From Syntrophaceae bacterium (GTDB taxonomy: Bacteria; Desulfobacterota; Syntrophia; Syntrophales; Smithellaceae): a stretch of 64,000 bases of DNA. A program made the position numbers and the translations under genes. The notes under the pieces are model-generated. The model searched no databases. It was not told the DNA's origin and was given only the letters and a program-made list of their open reading frames with translations. Position 1 is the stretch's first letter, and every line of letters starts with the position of its first letter. Below, in pieces: positions 18,191 to 27,173 of the stretch. Where the stretch lies: contig JAFGLS010000119.1 of assembly GCA_016927935.1 (NCBI GenBank), positions 13,291 through 77,290 of the forward strand, written 5' to 3'.

Positions 18191-18433
18191 TTAACTTGCA
18201 AAAGCCTCTTTGACTTCTTTTTTCCAGATACAAAGAAGCTTCCCTCCGTGGTGTTGACATTGAATCAACTCCCACTCGCTTTCTCCCTCCTTATCCAAGA
18301 TACCCTTAAAATAATCCTGACTGCCCGGTATGCCGTCAACAACACAAGTGCCTTTGTCGTTACAGGCAATAGCTTCGGGTGGAATTAGACGGTCTATATC
18401 AATAACACTTGTTTTGTACTTCCATCTTGCCAT
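18191..18433 (-). CDS. Small protein, DUF4177-like pattern
   Basis: 80 aa with WKYK...GESEWELIQ...IWKKE, matching the WEYK/GWEL/FKR layout of DUF4177. Confidence 0.5.
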   Translation of the reverse strand: MARWKYKTSVIDIDRLIPPEAIACNDKGTCVVDGIPGSQDYFKGILDKEGESEWELIQCQHHGGKLLCIWKKEVKEAFAS

Positions 18434-18662
18434 TATTATTACCTCCCTTTAAAATAATTTAAGATTTATATAACCTAAAAAAATCGTTAAACACCTCTCT
18501 AAACAGGCGTCATTCCGCTAACATAGATTATTTTCACTGTCAACAACATAAGCACAATTTTTTGATTTTTCGATCTAACTTATTGATATTAAAGCGGTAA
18601 AAAATGACTGCCGTCCAGTGACCGCCGTTCACAAATATTTACTTCTTCTTTAAAATTCATTT

Positions 18663-19262
18663 CTATTGGAGAGAAAGTGAGTTTAAATGATTTTCCAGAA
18701 AATCCCAGATGTCACTCTTGCCTTTTTGCGTTTTTGTGGAAAACAAAATTGTTTTTCTTTCAGACGATGTTCGCAGATTTTTTTCAATCACTCGCTTGCG
18801 GGTGATTGCCTGGTTATTGGATAATTTGTCGCTCTTGGTTAGAATGTACAAATAAGGTATATTATAATGCGAAAGCCAGTCGCGTAATGACAGATCATCA
18901 GAGTTGGGATCTCGCCGGATATCCAGAATAAAAATTACCAAAGCAAGATTTTGTCTTTGCCCCAGATATGTTTCAATCATATCTCTCCAATCTTTTTTAA
19001 CCGAATGAGGAACTTTGGCGAAGCCATAACCGGGCAAATCAACAAATGATATTTTTTCATTAATCTCGAAAAAATTAATCAACTGCGTTCGCCCGGGAGT
19101 ATTGCTGGTTTTAGCCAGATTCTTGCGCCCGACAAGTATATTAATCAAAGACGATTTGCCCACGTTGGAGCGCCCGACAAAAGCAACCTCCGGCAAACTT
19201 GCCGGCGGATACTGATTCGGCCACACGGCGCTTTTTACAAATTTTGCACTGGTAATTTTCAT
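18663..19262 (-). CDS. engB: Ribosome biogenesis GTP-binding protein YihA/EngB
   Basis: GRSNVGKSSLIN (G1), DLPGYG (G3) and TKSDK (G4), with the typical roughly 200 aa length. Confidence 0.92.
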   Translation of the reverse strand: MKITSAKFVKSAVWPNQYPPASLPEVAFVGRSNVGKSSLINILVGRKNLAKTSNTPGRTQLINFFEINEKISFVDLPGYGFAKVPHSVKKDWRDMIETYLGQRQNLALVIFILDIRRDPNSDDLSLRDWLSHYNIPYLYILTKSDKLSNNQAITRKRVIEKNLRTSSERKTILFSTKTQKGKSDIWDFLENHLNSLSLQ

Positions 19263-19625
19263 ATTCTAATACAATCGTCATACCGGTCCCGCATGCGCGG
19301 GATTTCACTCCGGCCCCAAGCCCGGCGAATGCCGGGGGTATCCAGTCCTTTTTTTCTTAACATGAATCAAGAAGAGACCTTGGATGGTAGAGGTAGGTAT
19401 GACTTTCTTATGTTATTCTTTCTCTTTATTCGCAGCATTAGAAAGCACCTCATTTGCTGCCTCTGCCTTTTTTCTCATTCTATCATGTACTAACTTGGAA
19501 CAGGAATCGTTACCTAATATTTCTTCAATACGTTTGCCTACCTCTTGTATAGTTATATAGGCTTCCTCAAAATCTGGACATCAAAATCTGGGCAAAATCT
19601 GGGGACACCTTACTAGTTTTAGGAC

Positions 19626-19740
19626 TGTTCAAAAATGCTTAGATGCAAGGCGCGCGAGTATCGCGAAGTGAGGTCTACTTTTTCGTAGGTCGCAGCGACG
19701 CGAACGGAGCGCAACACAGCAGATAGGCATTTTTCAACAG
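19626..19740. repeat. Dispersed MITE/REP-like element, copy 2, with 14-nt terminal inverted repeats
   Basis: CTGTTCAAAAATGC (19626..19639) pairs with GCATTTTTCAACAG (19727..19740) at 13 of 14 positions. The core at 19645..19721 matches 422..499. Confidence 0.8.
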
Positions 19741-19744
19741 ACCC

Positions 19745-21127
19745 TCACTCCCGCTCAAAGGTAATCCCGTACTTCTCCAGTTTCCTTTCCAATGTTGGAC
19801 GGGAGACTCCCAATATATCGCAGATTTCCCCTTTGTTTTTATCGGTCTCTTTGATGATTTTTCTGATGTAGCGTTCTTCCACTTCATCCAACGTCAGAAA
19901 CTTTCCCGGCTCCATCGGTTTGAACAAATCAGCAGCCGCATCACTTGTTGGTTTGGCGGCTTCTTCCTTACCAAGCTCCGGAAAATCGTTGACTCCCAAA
20001 ATCTGTCCTTTGGCCACAACGCACGCGCGCACGAGCAGATTTTCGAGCTCGCGAACATTCCCCGGCCAGTTATAGTTCATGAATATTTCCATCATCTCAT
20101 CGGAAACGCCGATGATTTTCTTGTGCAGGTCCAGGTTAATCTTGGTAAGCAGGTAGTCAATCAACTGTGGAATATCCTGATGGCGGGCGCGTAACGGCGG
20201 CAGATTGATGGAAACAATATTGAGACGATAATACAAATCGTCGCGGAATTTTCCTTCCTTAACCAGCGCTTTTAAATCTTTATTGGTCGCGGCCATAATA
20301 CGGGCATTAACTCTAACCTTATCTTTTCCTCCCACCCTGTCAAATTCCATTTCCTGCAAAACACGAAGAAGCTTGGCTTGCAGGTTGACAGACATCTCGC
20401 TTATTTCATCTAGGAAAACAGAACCGTATCTTGCCAGCTCAAATTTGCCCAGTTTGCGGGAAACCGCACCCGTGAATGAACCCTTTTCATGACCGAACAA
20501 TTCCGACTCCAATAAAGTTTCGACAATTGCCGAACAATTCACGGCAATAAATGGTTCATCGGGCGATGTGTTATGATGAATAACCTTGGCAATCAGCTCC
20601 TTTCCGGTACCGCTCTCTCCCTGAATCAGGACGGTGGTGCGGCTCTGGGAAACGATGCCGATAGTTTTGAAAATTTCCCGCATTTCATTGCCGGTGCCGA
20701 TTATATCTCCGACGCGGAAACTTCTGGACGGCTCCATCAAAAGCCCGTCAATCTTTTTTTCCATCTCCAGAGATTTCAGGGCTTTCTTGATCGCCAGATC
20801 CAGTTCATCAACATTGACCGGTTTATGGATATAATCAAAAGCTCCGCTCTTCATCGCGTTAATAGTTGTTTCCATGTCGTGAAAAGCGGTAATCATGATG
20901 ACCTTGACGTTTTCATTTTCTTTTTTGAGATCCTCCAAAACAGCAAATCCGTCAACGTCCGGCAGACGGATATCCAAAATAACAACATCCGGCGGTTCCT
21001 GTACGTATTCATTCAGGCCATCCGTGCCGGTCAGCGCGGTACGGACTTTGTAACCTTCTTCGGTAAGATACAGATCCAGTGTTTCCGCGATGGAAGCGTC
21101 ATCATCAATAACAAGAATACTCGGCAT
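19745..21127 (-). CDS. Sigma54-dependent response regulator (REC, AAA+ and Fis-type HTH domains), NtrC family
   Basis: REC domain (DDD...ILDIRLPDVDG), Walker A GESGTGKE, the sigma54-contact motif GSFTGA, and a C-terminal HTH. Confidence 0.92.
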   Translation of the reverse strand: MPSILVIDDDASIAETLDLYLTEEGYKVRTALTGTDGLNEYVQEPPDVVILDIRLPDVDGFAVLEDLKKENENVKVIMITAFHDMETTINAMKSGAFDYIHKPVNVDELDLAIKKALKSLEMEKKIDGLLMEPSRSFRVGDIIGTGNEMREIFKTIGIVSQSRTTVLIQGESGTGKELIAKVIHHNTSPDEPFIAVNCSAIVETLLESELFGHEKGSFTGAVSRKLGKFELARYGSVFLDEISEMSVNLQAKLLRVLQEMEFDRVGGKDKVRVNARIMAATNKDLKALVKEGKFRDDLYYRLNIVSINLPPLRARHQDIPQLIDYLLTKINLDLHKKIIGVSDEMMEIFMNYNWPGNVRELENLLVRACVVAKGQILGVNDFPELGKEEAAKPTSDAAADLFKPMEPGKFLTLDEVEERYIRKIIKETDKNKGEICDILGVSRPTLERKLEKYGITFERE

Positions 21128-21137
21128 ATGAATTACC

Positions 21138-23753
21138 TTATTTATTATTCATAGCGGGTGAACGTGTGCTTTCGGTTCCCAGCGGCAAAATAATAAGCAC
21201 CTTCGTTCCCTCATTTTTTTTGCTTAGAATATCAACTGCCCCCTGATGAATATCAACTATTTTCTTTACCAGAGAAAGCCCCAAACCGGTACCATATTTT
21301 TTACGCGTGAAAAAAGGATTGAATATATGAGGCATATCCTCCTGATCAATGCCGCTGCCGTTATCCTTAATCTCCACAACTACGGACCGACGAGTTTCAT
21401 AAGCGTAGCGCAAAGAAATTGTGATTTTACCATGTTCTGCCACCGCTTCTATAGCGTTACGGATAACATTTAAAAAAGCATCGGCCATCATTGCCGCATC
21501 CACTGATACCGGTGGAACATCACTGAAATTTGTCTGTATCTCAATTTTCTTATCAGTAATGCCTTTTTCTGACATGGCAATGGCTTGCTCCAGCACCTTG
21601 GACAAATCCATGGGCGTTTTCTTCGGATCGACCGGTTTGGCAAAGGCCAAAATATTATTAACCAGCATCTCCAGATGGTCCACTTCTTTTTCCGCAATTT
21701 TAAATCTCTTTAAATCGTTTCCTTCAGGGTTCATACGTTTTGCCAGTATCTGCAGACTCATCTTGATTGAAGACAGAGGATTGCGGATCTCGTGAGCAAT
21801 TCCTGCTGAAAGCTGCCCCAACGCTGCCAGTTTCTGACTATCGTAGAGTTTCTTTTCCAGATTCTTAAATTCGGTAATGTCGCGTTGAACAAGTATATAA
21901 TGATTCGTTCCCATAACCGGAGAAGTTGTAATTAAAAGATTATGTTTGCGGCCATCCTTCCCTATCGCCTCAATTTCGTATGGTTTATAACTGCCTTTTT
22001 TCGCCTCTTCCCATTTAGACAATACAACATTTTCATATCCGGAAGCGACAAATTCCAAGAAATGCTTGTCTTTGAATTCACGGGAAGATGACTCTCCTTT
22101 TTTCTTTAAACCGCGGCTCATGAATTTGATGATGCCGTTCTCATCCATTTCATATATTTTATCCGGCAGACTGTTTATGATTGATTGCAGATAGTTATAC
22201 AAGTCTTCTATACGTCGCCGTAATTCAATGTTTTCAATCAGTTCATTTTGCAACGTTTCGGCATATTCATTTAAACTGTTTGTCATTTCCTTTTCCCGCG
22301 AAATATCCTGCAAAGTTTCAATGGCCGCTATAATTTCCCCTTTTTCATTGTAGATGGGAGCGGCCAAAAAATACAAAAACCTATTGCGACCGCCAAGATT
22401 TTCAAAAAAATCTGTTGCTTCATAGGCACCCAATATCATGTCTGATTTTTTTATCCTCTTTGTGCCATAGTATTTACTCAAATCTTCTATCTCGTTATCG
22501 ATGATTAGATCCGCAATGACAGGCCTTTTGTTGGAATAAAAGGGAACATACTGTCTGTCAGTACCAACCATATCTTCGGCTGAGTAACCGGTAAGCTCCG
22601 TACAGGCTCGATTCCACAATATGACCTTGTGCTCCTTGTTAATGACAAAACTGGGAATGGGTGAACCTTCTATAATACCGTCTATGGTTTTCTTTTCCCG
22701 CAGCAGTCTTTCCTGCCAATCTTCCCTTTCTTTCAACCTTTTATTCGTTTCCTTGATATGCAGTCTTTTACCTTCTTTATAAGCAAAAGTTATACTCCCA
22801 ACTATAACTACCAAAATGAGTAGTAATGAACTAAAAAGCGTATAAACAAAAGTCTTACGCAGGGGAGATATTACCTCGCTGTAGGGAGCAATAACCAGAA
22901 GAGTCCATTTTGTCTCTCCGGCTTTTAACGGATAATAAGAAATTATGCTTCTTTGTTCTTTTTTATTACTTTTCAGAACAACTGATTCAACGTAACCGCC
23001 ACTCTCTGAAGAAAAATCAATTTCTGTTTCCTTAACGCCGCTTAAAATGTCTTTTATTTTTTTTCCGATCATTGCCGAATCCAGATGAATAATTATTTGA
23101 TTATTTTCATCCATCAGTAAAAGTTCGGCCCATGTATTCTGGGAAATTATTTTTTGATATTTCTCAACAACAGCGGGAAGAAAAAAAGATATTATCCATG
23201 CTCCTTCGAATTTACCTTCTTTATTTTTTATAGGATAACCAAGGACAAGATATCTATCTGCTTTGCGTTTTAAATTAATTGTATGAGACGGTTTCGGCAT
23301 TACCATACCTAAATACTGTTTTTGCTTCTTCTTTAAAACGTTAAATTGTTCGTAAAAATTTACCGCCGGTAAAGAATTTCTCGGGTAAATACTTTTTATA
23401 TTTCCCCGCGAATCAAAAAGTACAATTGCATCCAGGGTTTTTTCCCAGCCGGAAGACAAAACCTTATAATAGCCGTTAATTTCTTCTGAAGATAATTTTA
23501 AATGAGGATAGAAACGGGAAAACAAATTAATATTTTTTTCTATATGTAAAAAAATATCCGCCATTCTTGTTGCGTAATTCTGGACATTGGCCAGCTGCTG
23601 CATGCCGAACATTCTTACAATATCTTTTTCGCGGGCACTATTTACAGTTAAAGCCAGAAGTAAAAAAAGGATTATGACTGTGATACTGGCAAACCAAACG
23701 CGTAATTTTACAGTTCTATATAAAAAGATTTTTATTCTATTAAATAATGTCAC
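21138..23753 (-). CDS. Sensor histidine kinase: N-terminal TM, periplasmic Cache-like domain, TM, two PAS domains, HisKA, HATPase
   Basis: 871 aa with H-box SAGIAHEIRNPL, N-box NVIRNAIEA, and G-boxes DNGSGI / GTGLGL. Confidence 0.9.
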   Translation of the reverse strand: MTLFNRIKIFLYRTVKLRVWFASITVIILFLLLALTVNSAREKDIVRMFGMQQLANVQNYATRMADIFLHIEKNINLFSRFYPHLKLSSEEINGYYKVLSSGWEKTLDAIVLFDSRGNIKSIYPRNSLPAVNFYEQFNVLKKKQKQYLGMVMPKPSHTINLKRKADRYLVLGYPIKNKEGKFEGAWIISFFLPAVVEKYQKIISQNTWAELLLMDENNQIIIHLDSAMIGKKIKDILSGVKETEIDFSSESGGYVESVVLKSNKKEQRSIISYYPLKAGETKWTLLVIAPYSEVISPLRKTFVYTLFSSLLLILVVIVGSITFAYKEGKRLHIKETNKRLKEREDWQERLLREKKTIDGIIEGSPIPSFVINKEHKVILWNRACTELTGYSAEDMVGTDRQYVPFYSNKRPVIADLIIDNEIEDLSKYYGTKRIKKSDMILGAYEATDFFENLGGRNRFLYFLAAPIYNEKGEIIAAIETLQDISREKEMTNSLNEYAETLQNELIENIELRRRIEDLYNYLQSIINSLPDKIYEMDENGIIKFMSRGLKKKGESSSREFKDKHFLEFVASGYENVVLSKWEEAKKGSYKPYEIEAIGKDGRKHNLLITTSPVMGTNHYILVQRDITEFKNLEKKLYDSQKLAALGQLSAGIAHEIRNPLSSIKMSLQILAKRMNPEGNDLKRFKIAEKEVDHLEMLVNNILAFAKPVDPKKTPMDLSKVLEQAIAMSEKGITDKKIEIQTNFSDVPPVSVDAAMMADAFLNVIRNAIEAVAEHGKITISLRYAYETRRSVVVEIKDNGSGIDQEDMPHIFNPFFTRKKYGTGLGLSLVKKIVDIHQGAVDILSKKNEGTKVLIILPLGTESTRSPAMNNK

Positions 23754-23989
23754 TAATTTTTTTTATCCTCTCTACCGGAAAGTTTAATGCCAACCAGGAC
23801 ATAGACCAATATTGCCGCTGTCAGTGAAACAAGAAGTTTTGTCAAGCCACTTTCAATTTTCAATATATAGGAACAAATAAGCCATACGACAGGATAAGTT
23901 ATCGCCGTTAAAAGCTCCTGCATAATAATCCTTATATAAAAATTTCTTAATGCTTTTAAATATATAACGGCCTTAACAAAAAATTTCAA
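23753..23989 (-). CDS. Small two-TM membrane protein at the head of the kinase operon
   Basis: 78-aa ORF whose stop overlaps the kinase start by 1 nt. An internal ATG (MQELL...) is also possible. I recognise no homology. Confidence 0.4.
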   Translation of the reverse strand: MKFFVKAVIYLKALRNFYIRIIMQELLTAITYPVVWLICSYILKIESGLTKLLVSLTAAILVYVLVGIKLSGREDKKN

Positions 23990-23999
23990 TAGAAATTAG

Positions 24000-24640
24000 T
24001 GAGACAAGCTGAAAACAAGTGAAACGAGTTTGTCCCTGTCACCTGAAGGTGACGGGATAATTCGCTCTAAGATTTCCCGAGCACTACTACGTTTCGGGAA
24101 ATCAAGGCTCATTAAAGCGTTAGCCGTAGTGACACTCATCGAAAGCGAATCCCGATTTATCGGGATGAAGCTTGAGATGGAAGTGGAACTATCCATAGCC
24201 TATGGCTATGGAAACTATCCACGGAGCAAAGCGAAGTGGGATTCGAGACTCACATTTCAGAAACGAAGTGAACTGAAATGTGTAAGTCGTAGTGACACTC
24301 GTTAAGAGCGAATCCCGACAAGTCGGGATGAAGCTCGAAACGCAAGTGGAACTTTCCAATGGCCTGTGGCTATTGGAAACTATCCACGGAGCAAATGGCC
24401 GAAATACCCTAAAGGGCACCATGGGGCCACTATAGGCGGAACGGGATTATGAGACTCGCTGATAGTGAAAACCAAGTTCTGGAAGCGAAGCGAATAACCT
24501 AAACACACTAAAGGGTACTATAAGGGTTACTGCTGGCGCGAAGCGCAAAAGGAATAATCTCTCCAATCCGCAACTTGTCAGGATTGATAGGAACGTGGGA
24601 TTTAAACCAAAATTGCTACACCGATAGTACACTTAATTTT
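24000..24640. repeat. Hairpin-rich non-coding array including two roughly 106-nt tandem blocks spaced 163 nt apart. Candidate structured RNA or REP-like repeat cluster.
   Basis: The block at 24125..24230 matches the block at 24288..24395. Hairpins lie at 24034..24056, 24071..24103, 24149..24166, 24193..24211, 24251..24282, 24312..24329 and 24356..24376. See findings. Confidence 0.7.
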
Positions 24641-24854
24641 AATGTTTTGTTGATAAGCATTTAACAAATTATTAAATACATTTGAGGATTTTATAAATTT
24701 TTCAGTTTGTCAAAAACATATGAGGATATTTTTTCACGCTTTTTTTATCTGCTATTATTATGATGAAATCTAACAATCTCAACAGTTTATAATGACATAT
24801 ATCGGCAAGCCTTTTTAACGGAAATAGCTAATTATCCCAAGCTTTATGAAGCTA

Positions 24855-24870
24855 TGGCACAAGTCATGCA
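24855..24870 (+). promoter_or_regulatory. Sigma54 (-24/-12) type promoter
   Basis: TGGCACaagtcATGCA compared with the consensus TGGCAC-N5-TTGCA. The GG and GC are spaced exactly as in the consensus. It lies 113 nt upstream of the atpE-like ATG and near the divergent NtrC-type system. Confidence 0.6.
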
Positions 24871-24982
24871 AGAAATTTTTTGCGATATAAATATAAATTA
24901 TTTCTCTTTCACATAACTATCAATTTATGTTATGGAAGCAAGAAATAATAAATAAACAATTTATTATGAAAGGAGATAGACA

Positions 24983-25357
24983 ATGTTACACAAATTAGGC
25001 ATGGGAATTTTAACCGCATTTACATCAATAGTTGTTCTGCTTTTAACAAGTCCGCTTGTTTTTGCTGTGGAAGCTATTCCGGTAGGCGAATCCTATTCAA
25101 AAGTTTATTTTGTTATGGGAGCGATGGGAGCAGCTGCTTTTTCAATTGCTATTGCAGCATACGGTGTCGGTATGGGAATTGGTAGAGCAGCCAGTTCAGC
25201 ATGTGAAGCGGTTGGCCGAAATCCTGCTGCACAGGGGAAAATCATGATGACCATGCTCATCGGTATGGCCATGGCTGAATCCATCGCAATTTACGCGCTG
25301 GTTATTTCTTTGATTCTTATCTATGCTAACCCTTACATGAGTTATTTTTTAGGTTAA
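24983..25357 (+). CDS. atpE: F0F1 ATP synthase subunit c-like protein with an N-terminal signal-peptide-like extension (orphan, not in an atp operon)
   Basis: The C-terminal 80 aa form a c-subunit hairpin: GVGMGIGRAASSACEAVGRNPAAQGKIMMTMLIGMAMAESIAIYALVISLILIYANP, with the carboxylate in AES. The N-terminal roughly 28 aa are hydrophobic and end in VFA-VEA. RBS is AGGAG. Confidence 0.85.
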   Translation: MLHKLGMGILTAFTSIVVLLLTSPLVFAVEAIPVGESYSKVYFVMGAMGAAAFSIAIAAYGVGMGIGRAASSACEAVGRNPAAQGKIMMTMLIGMAMAESIAIYALVISLILIYANPYMSYFLG

Positions 25358-25408
25358 TACTAAAAGCAAGTTAACTATAAAATTAACAAACGTTAGGGGG
25401 AAATAGTA

Positions 25409-26716
25409 ATGTCAGAAACTAAAAAGGATAGGCAGTTTTTTACTGTGGGAAGCGTGTTTTTCCTGCTTATTGTTATACCCTTATCATTAATGGCATTTTT
25501 AATCGCCAATGGTATGTTCAAGCTCGGGGTTAACATAAAAGATAGAACTGTAAACGTTCTAGACAATAAAGTCCAGGAAGACATAAGAGCCAGAGCTGTC
25601 AATGCAGCAAACGAAGTTTCCAGTTTTCTCATGGAACGTAACAAAGATTTACAGGTGGCAACAATAATTCCTGCAATAGAAACCGTATATAAACAGTTTG
25701 TTGACGAAAACAGAAGACCTGTTTGGGTCAAAACTGACGGCAAAATACAACGGGTATTGATTCCGCTATATAAAGAAATGGCTTTGATTGACAGAAACGG
25801 CAATGAAAAAATTAAAATCGTTGACGGCCGGGCGGTGAAAAAACTTGTTAATGTCAGCAATCCGGCCAATACGACGTACAAAACAGAAGACTATTTTACG
25901 AAGACAAAGAATCTGAACAAAGGTGAAATATACGTTTCTCCTGTTACCGGATGGTACTTAAACAAAAAAGATTTTGAAGGGGGAAAAAGATTTTCCGGAG
26001 TTATCCGTTTTGCGACGCCGATTTTCAATCAAGACGGCTTCGCGGGCATTATTGTACTGTCCCTGGATTATCGTCACATGGCTGAGTTTACCGATCATCT
26101 TGTTCCTACCCAAGCGGAAAGAGTATTTGAAACAGATGCTTCCACAGGTAATTATGCTTACATGGTAGATAATAGAGGTTTTGTCATTTCGCATCCAAGT
26201 GATTTTCACATCATCGGACTCCATCACAATGGAACAATGGTTCCCTCTGTCACGGCTCAGAACGCAGCAACGCTGGCAAAGGAAGGCGTGGAAGCTTTAA
26301 ACCTCTTCCAGTTGGGTTTCATGGATCACAATTTATTTAATATTGCAAAAGAAGCTGCGCAAGGAAAAACAGGAATTTTGATGTATAAGTTCAAGGGAAT
26401 CAGCAAATTCGTTGCCTATGCGCCCATCAAGTTTTACGCGTCAAGCCTTCCGGCACCTACCGGTTTTGGCTGGATAGGCCTAGGCCTGGAAGTGGAGAAA
26501 TTTAATGAAGAGGCAATGAAAATATCCAAGAATATTGAAAAAGAATCAAAAGCATGGACGGCCACAGTCATTTTTATCCTTATTGTTTCCATGATTATTC
26601 TATTCTTCATTATGTTGCTTCTTGTTCGTGGAATAAATCGTTCAATACAGTCAGAAGTTCCGGAAGGAGCGGAAGGAATGTCATCCTACGATGATGATGA
26701 CGAGGATGAGAAATAA
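25409..26716 (+). CDS. Membrane protein with a periplasmic double-Cache-like sensor domain, a second TM and only a short acidic tail (no output domain)
   Basis: 435 aa with TM at 13-35, a roughly 330-aa extracytoplasmic region with a Cache-like pattern, TM at 375-400, and a ...SSYDDDDEDEK end. RBS is GGGGG. It lies 51 nt after atpE. Confidence 0.65.
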   Translation: MSETKKDRQFFTVGSVFFLLIVIPLSLMAFLIANGMFKLGVNIKDRTVNVLDNKVQEDIRARAVNAANEVSSFLMERNKDLQVATIIPAIETVYKQFVDENRRPVWVKTDGKIQRVLIPLYKEMALIDRNGNEKIKIVDGRAVKKLVNVSNPANTTYKTEDYFTKTKNLNKGEIYVSPVTGWYLNKKDFEGGKRFSGVIRFATPIFNQDGFAGIIVLSLDYRHMAEFTDHLVPTQAERVFETDASTGNYAYMVDNRGFVISHPSDFHIIGLHHNGTMVPSVTAQNAATLAKEGVEALNLFQLGFMDHNLFNIAKEAAQGKTGILMYKFKGISKFVAYAPIKFYASSLPAPTGFGWIGLGLEVEKFNEEAMKISKNIEKESKAWTATVIFILIVSMIILFFIMLLLVRGINRSIQSEVPEGAEGMSSYDDDDEDEK

Positions 26717-26740
26717 TTAATTTCAATTTATAAACTTAAA

Positions 26741-26770
26741 AAAGGCCGGATTTCAATTCGGCCTTTTTTA
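26741..26770 (+). terminator. Intrinsic terminator after the Cache-protein gene
   Basis: AGGCCG-10 nt loop-CGGCCT followed by TTTTTT. Confidence 0.75.
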
Positions 26771-26880
26771 ATGAACTTTAATCAAATACAATATATAATA
26801 GTCAATATATTTGTTTATATGCGAAAAACAAAACGTGAGTTCTATCAATTCTATTTTTCTTTTAAGAAAAGGAGAGCAAA

Positions 26881-27075
26881 ATGAACTTCATTCCCCATCT
26901 TATTATACTGGTTGCAGGTGGCATTATTTTATTGTTAATAAAAAGAAAATATAAGAAAATGCACAACCGTGACTTGATTATAGTATTCATTCTCCTCATA
27001 ATATTAATTGCACTCTTTACATCTCCCGGAATTGACTTAGCAAAAAGGTTTATAAATTTTATTCAATTAGAGTAA
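26881..27075 (+). CDS. Small two-TM membrane protein
   Basis: 64 aa with RBS AAGGAGAG 5 nt upstream of the ATG. Confidence 0.5.
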   Translation: MNFIPHLIILVAGGIILLLIKRKYKKMHNRDLIIVFILLIILIALFTSPGIDLAKRFINFIQLE

Positions 27076-27173
27076 TATTCACCCATGTAATTGAAAAGCG
27101 AGAATATTTTTTAACTAAGAACTTTAACACTTATGTTTTACGTATATCCACCGAAGTAAAGGGAAAGCTGAGA

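Noticed and set aside
19293-19493. Track ORF 19293..19493 (+), 66 aa
   Set aside because: It starts inside GC-rich palindromic repeats (TCCCGCATGCGCGGGA; GCCCGGCGAATGCCGGGG). It is also antisense to a more protein-like but start-less fragment, so neither is called as a gene.
23996-24632. Track ORFs 23996..24196 (-), 24030..24305 (+), 24189..24422 (-) and 24447..24632 (-); also the possibility of a CRISPR array
   Set aside because: The ORFs overlap each other on both strands, lack RBSs and merely translate hairpin repeats. A CRISPR array is unlikely because the repeated blocks are about 106 nt with a 163-nt period and are imperfect, and no cas genes occur in the window.
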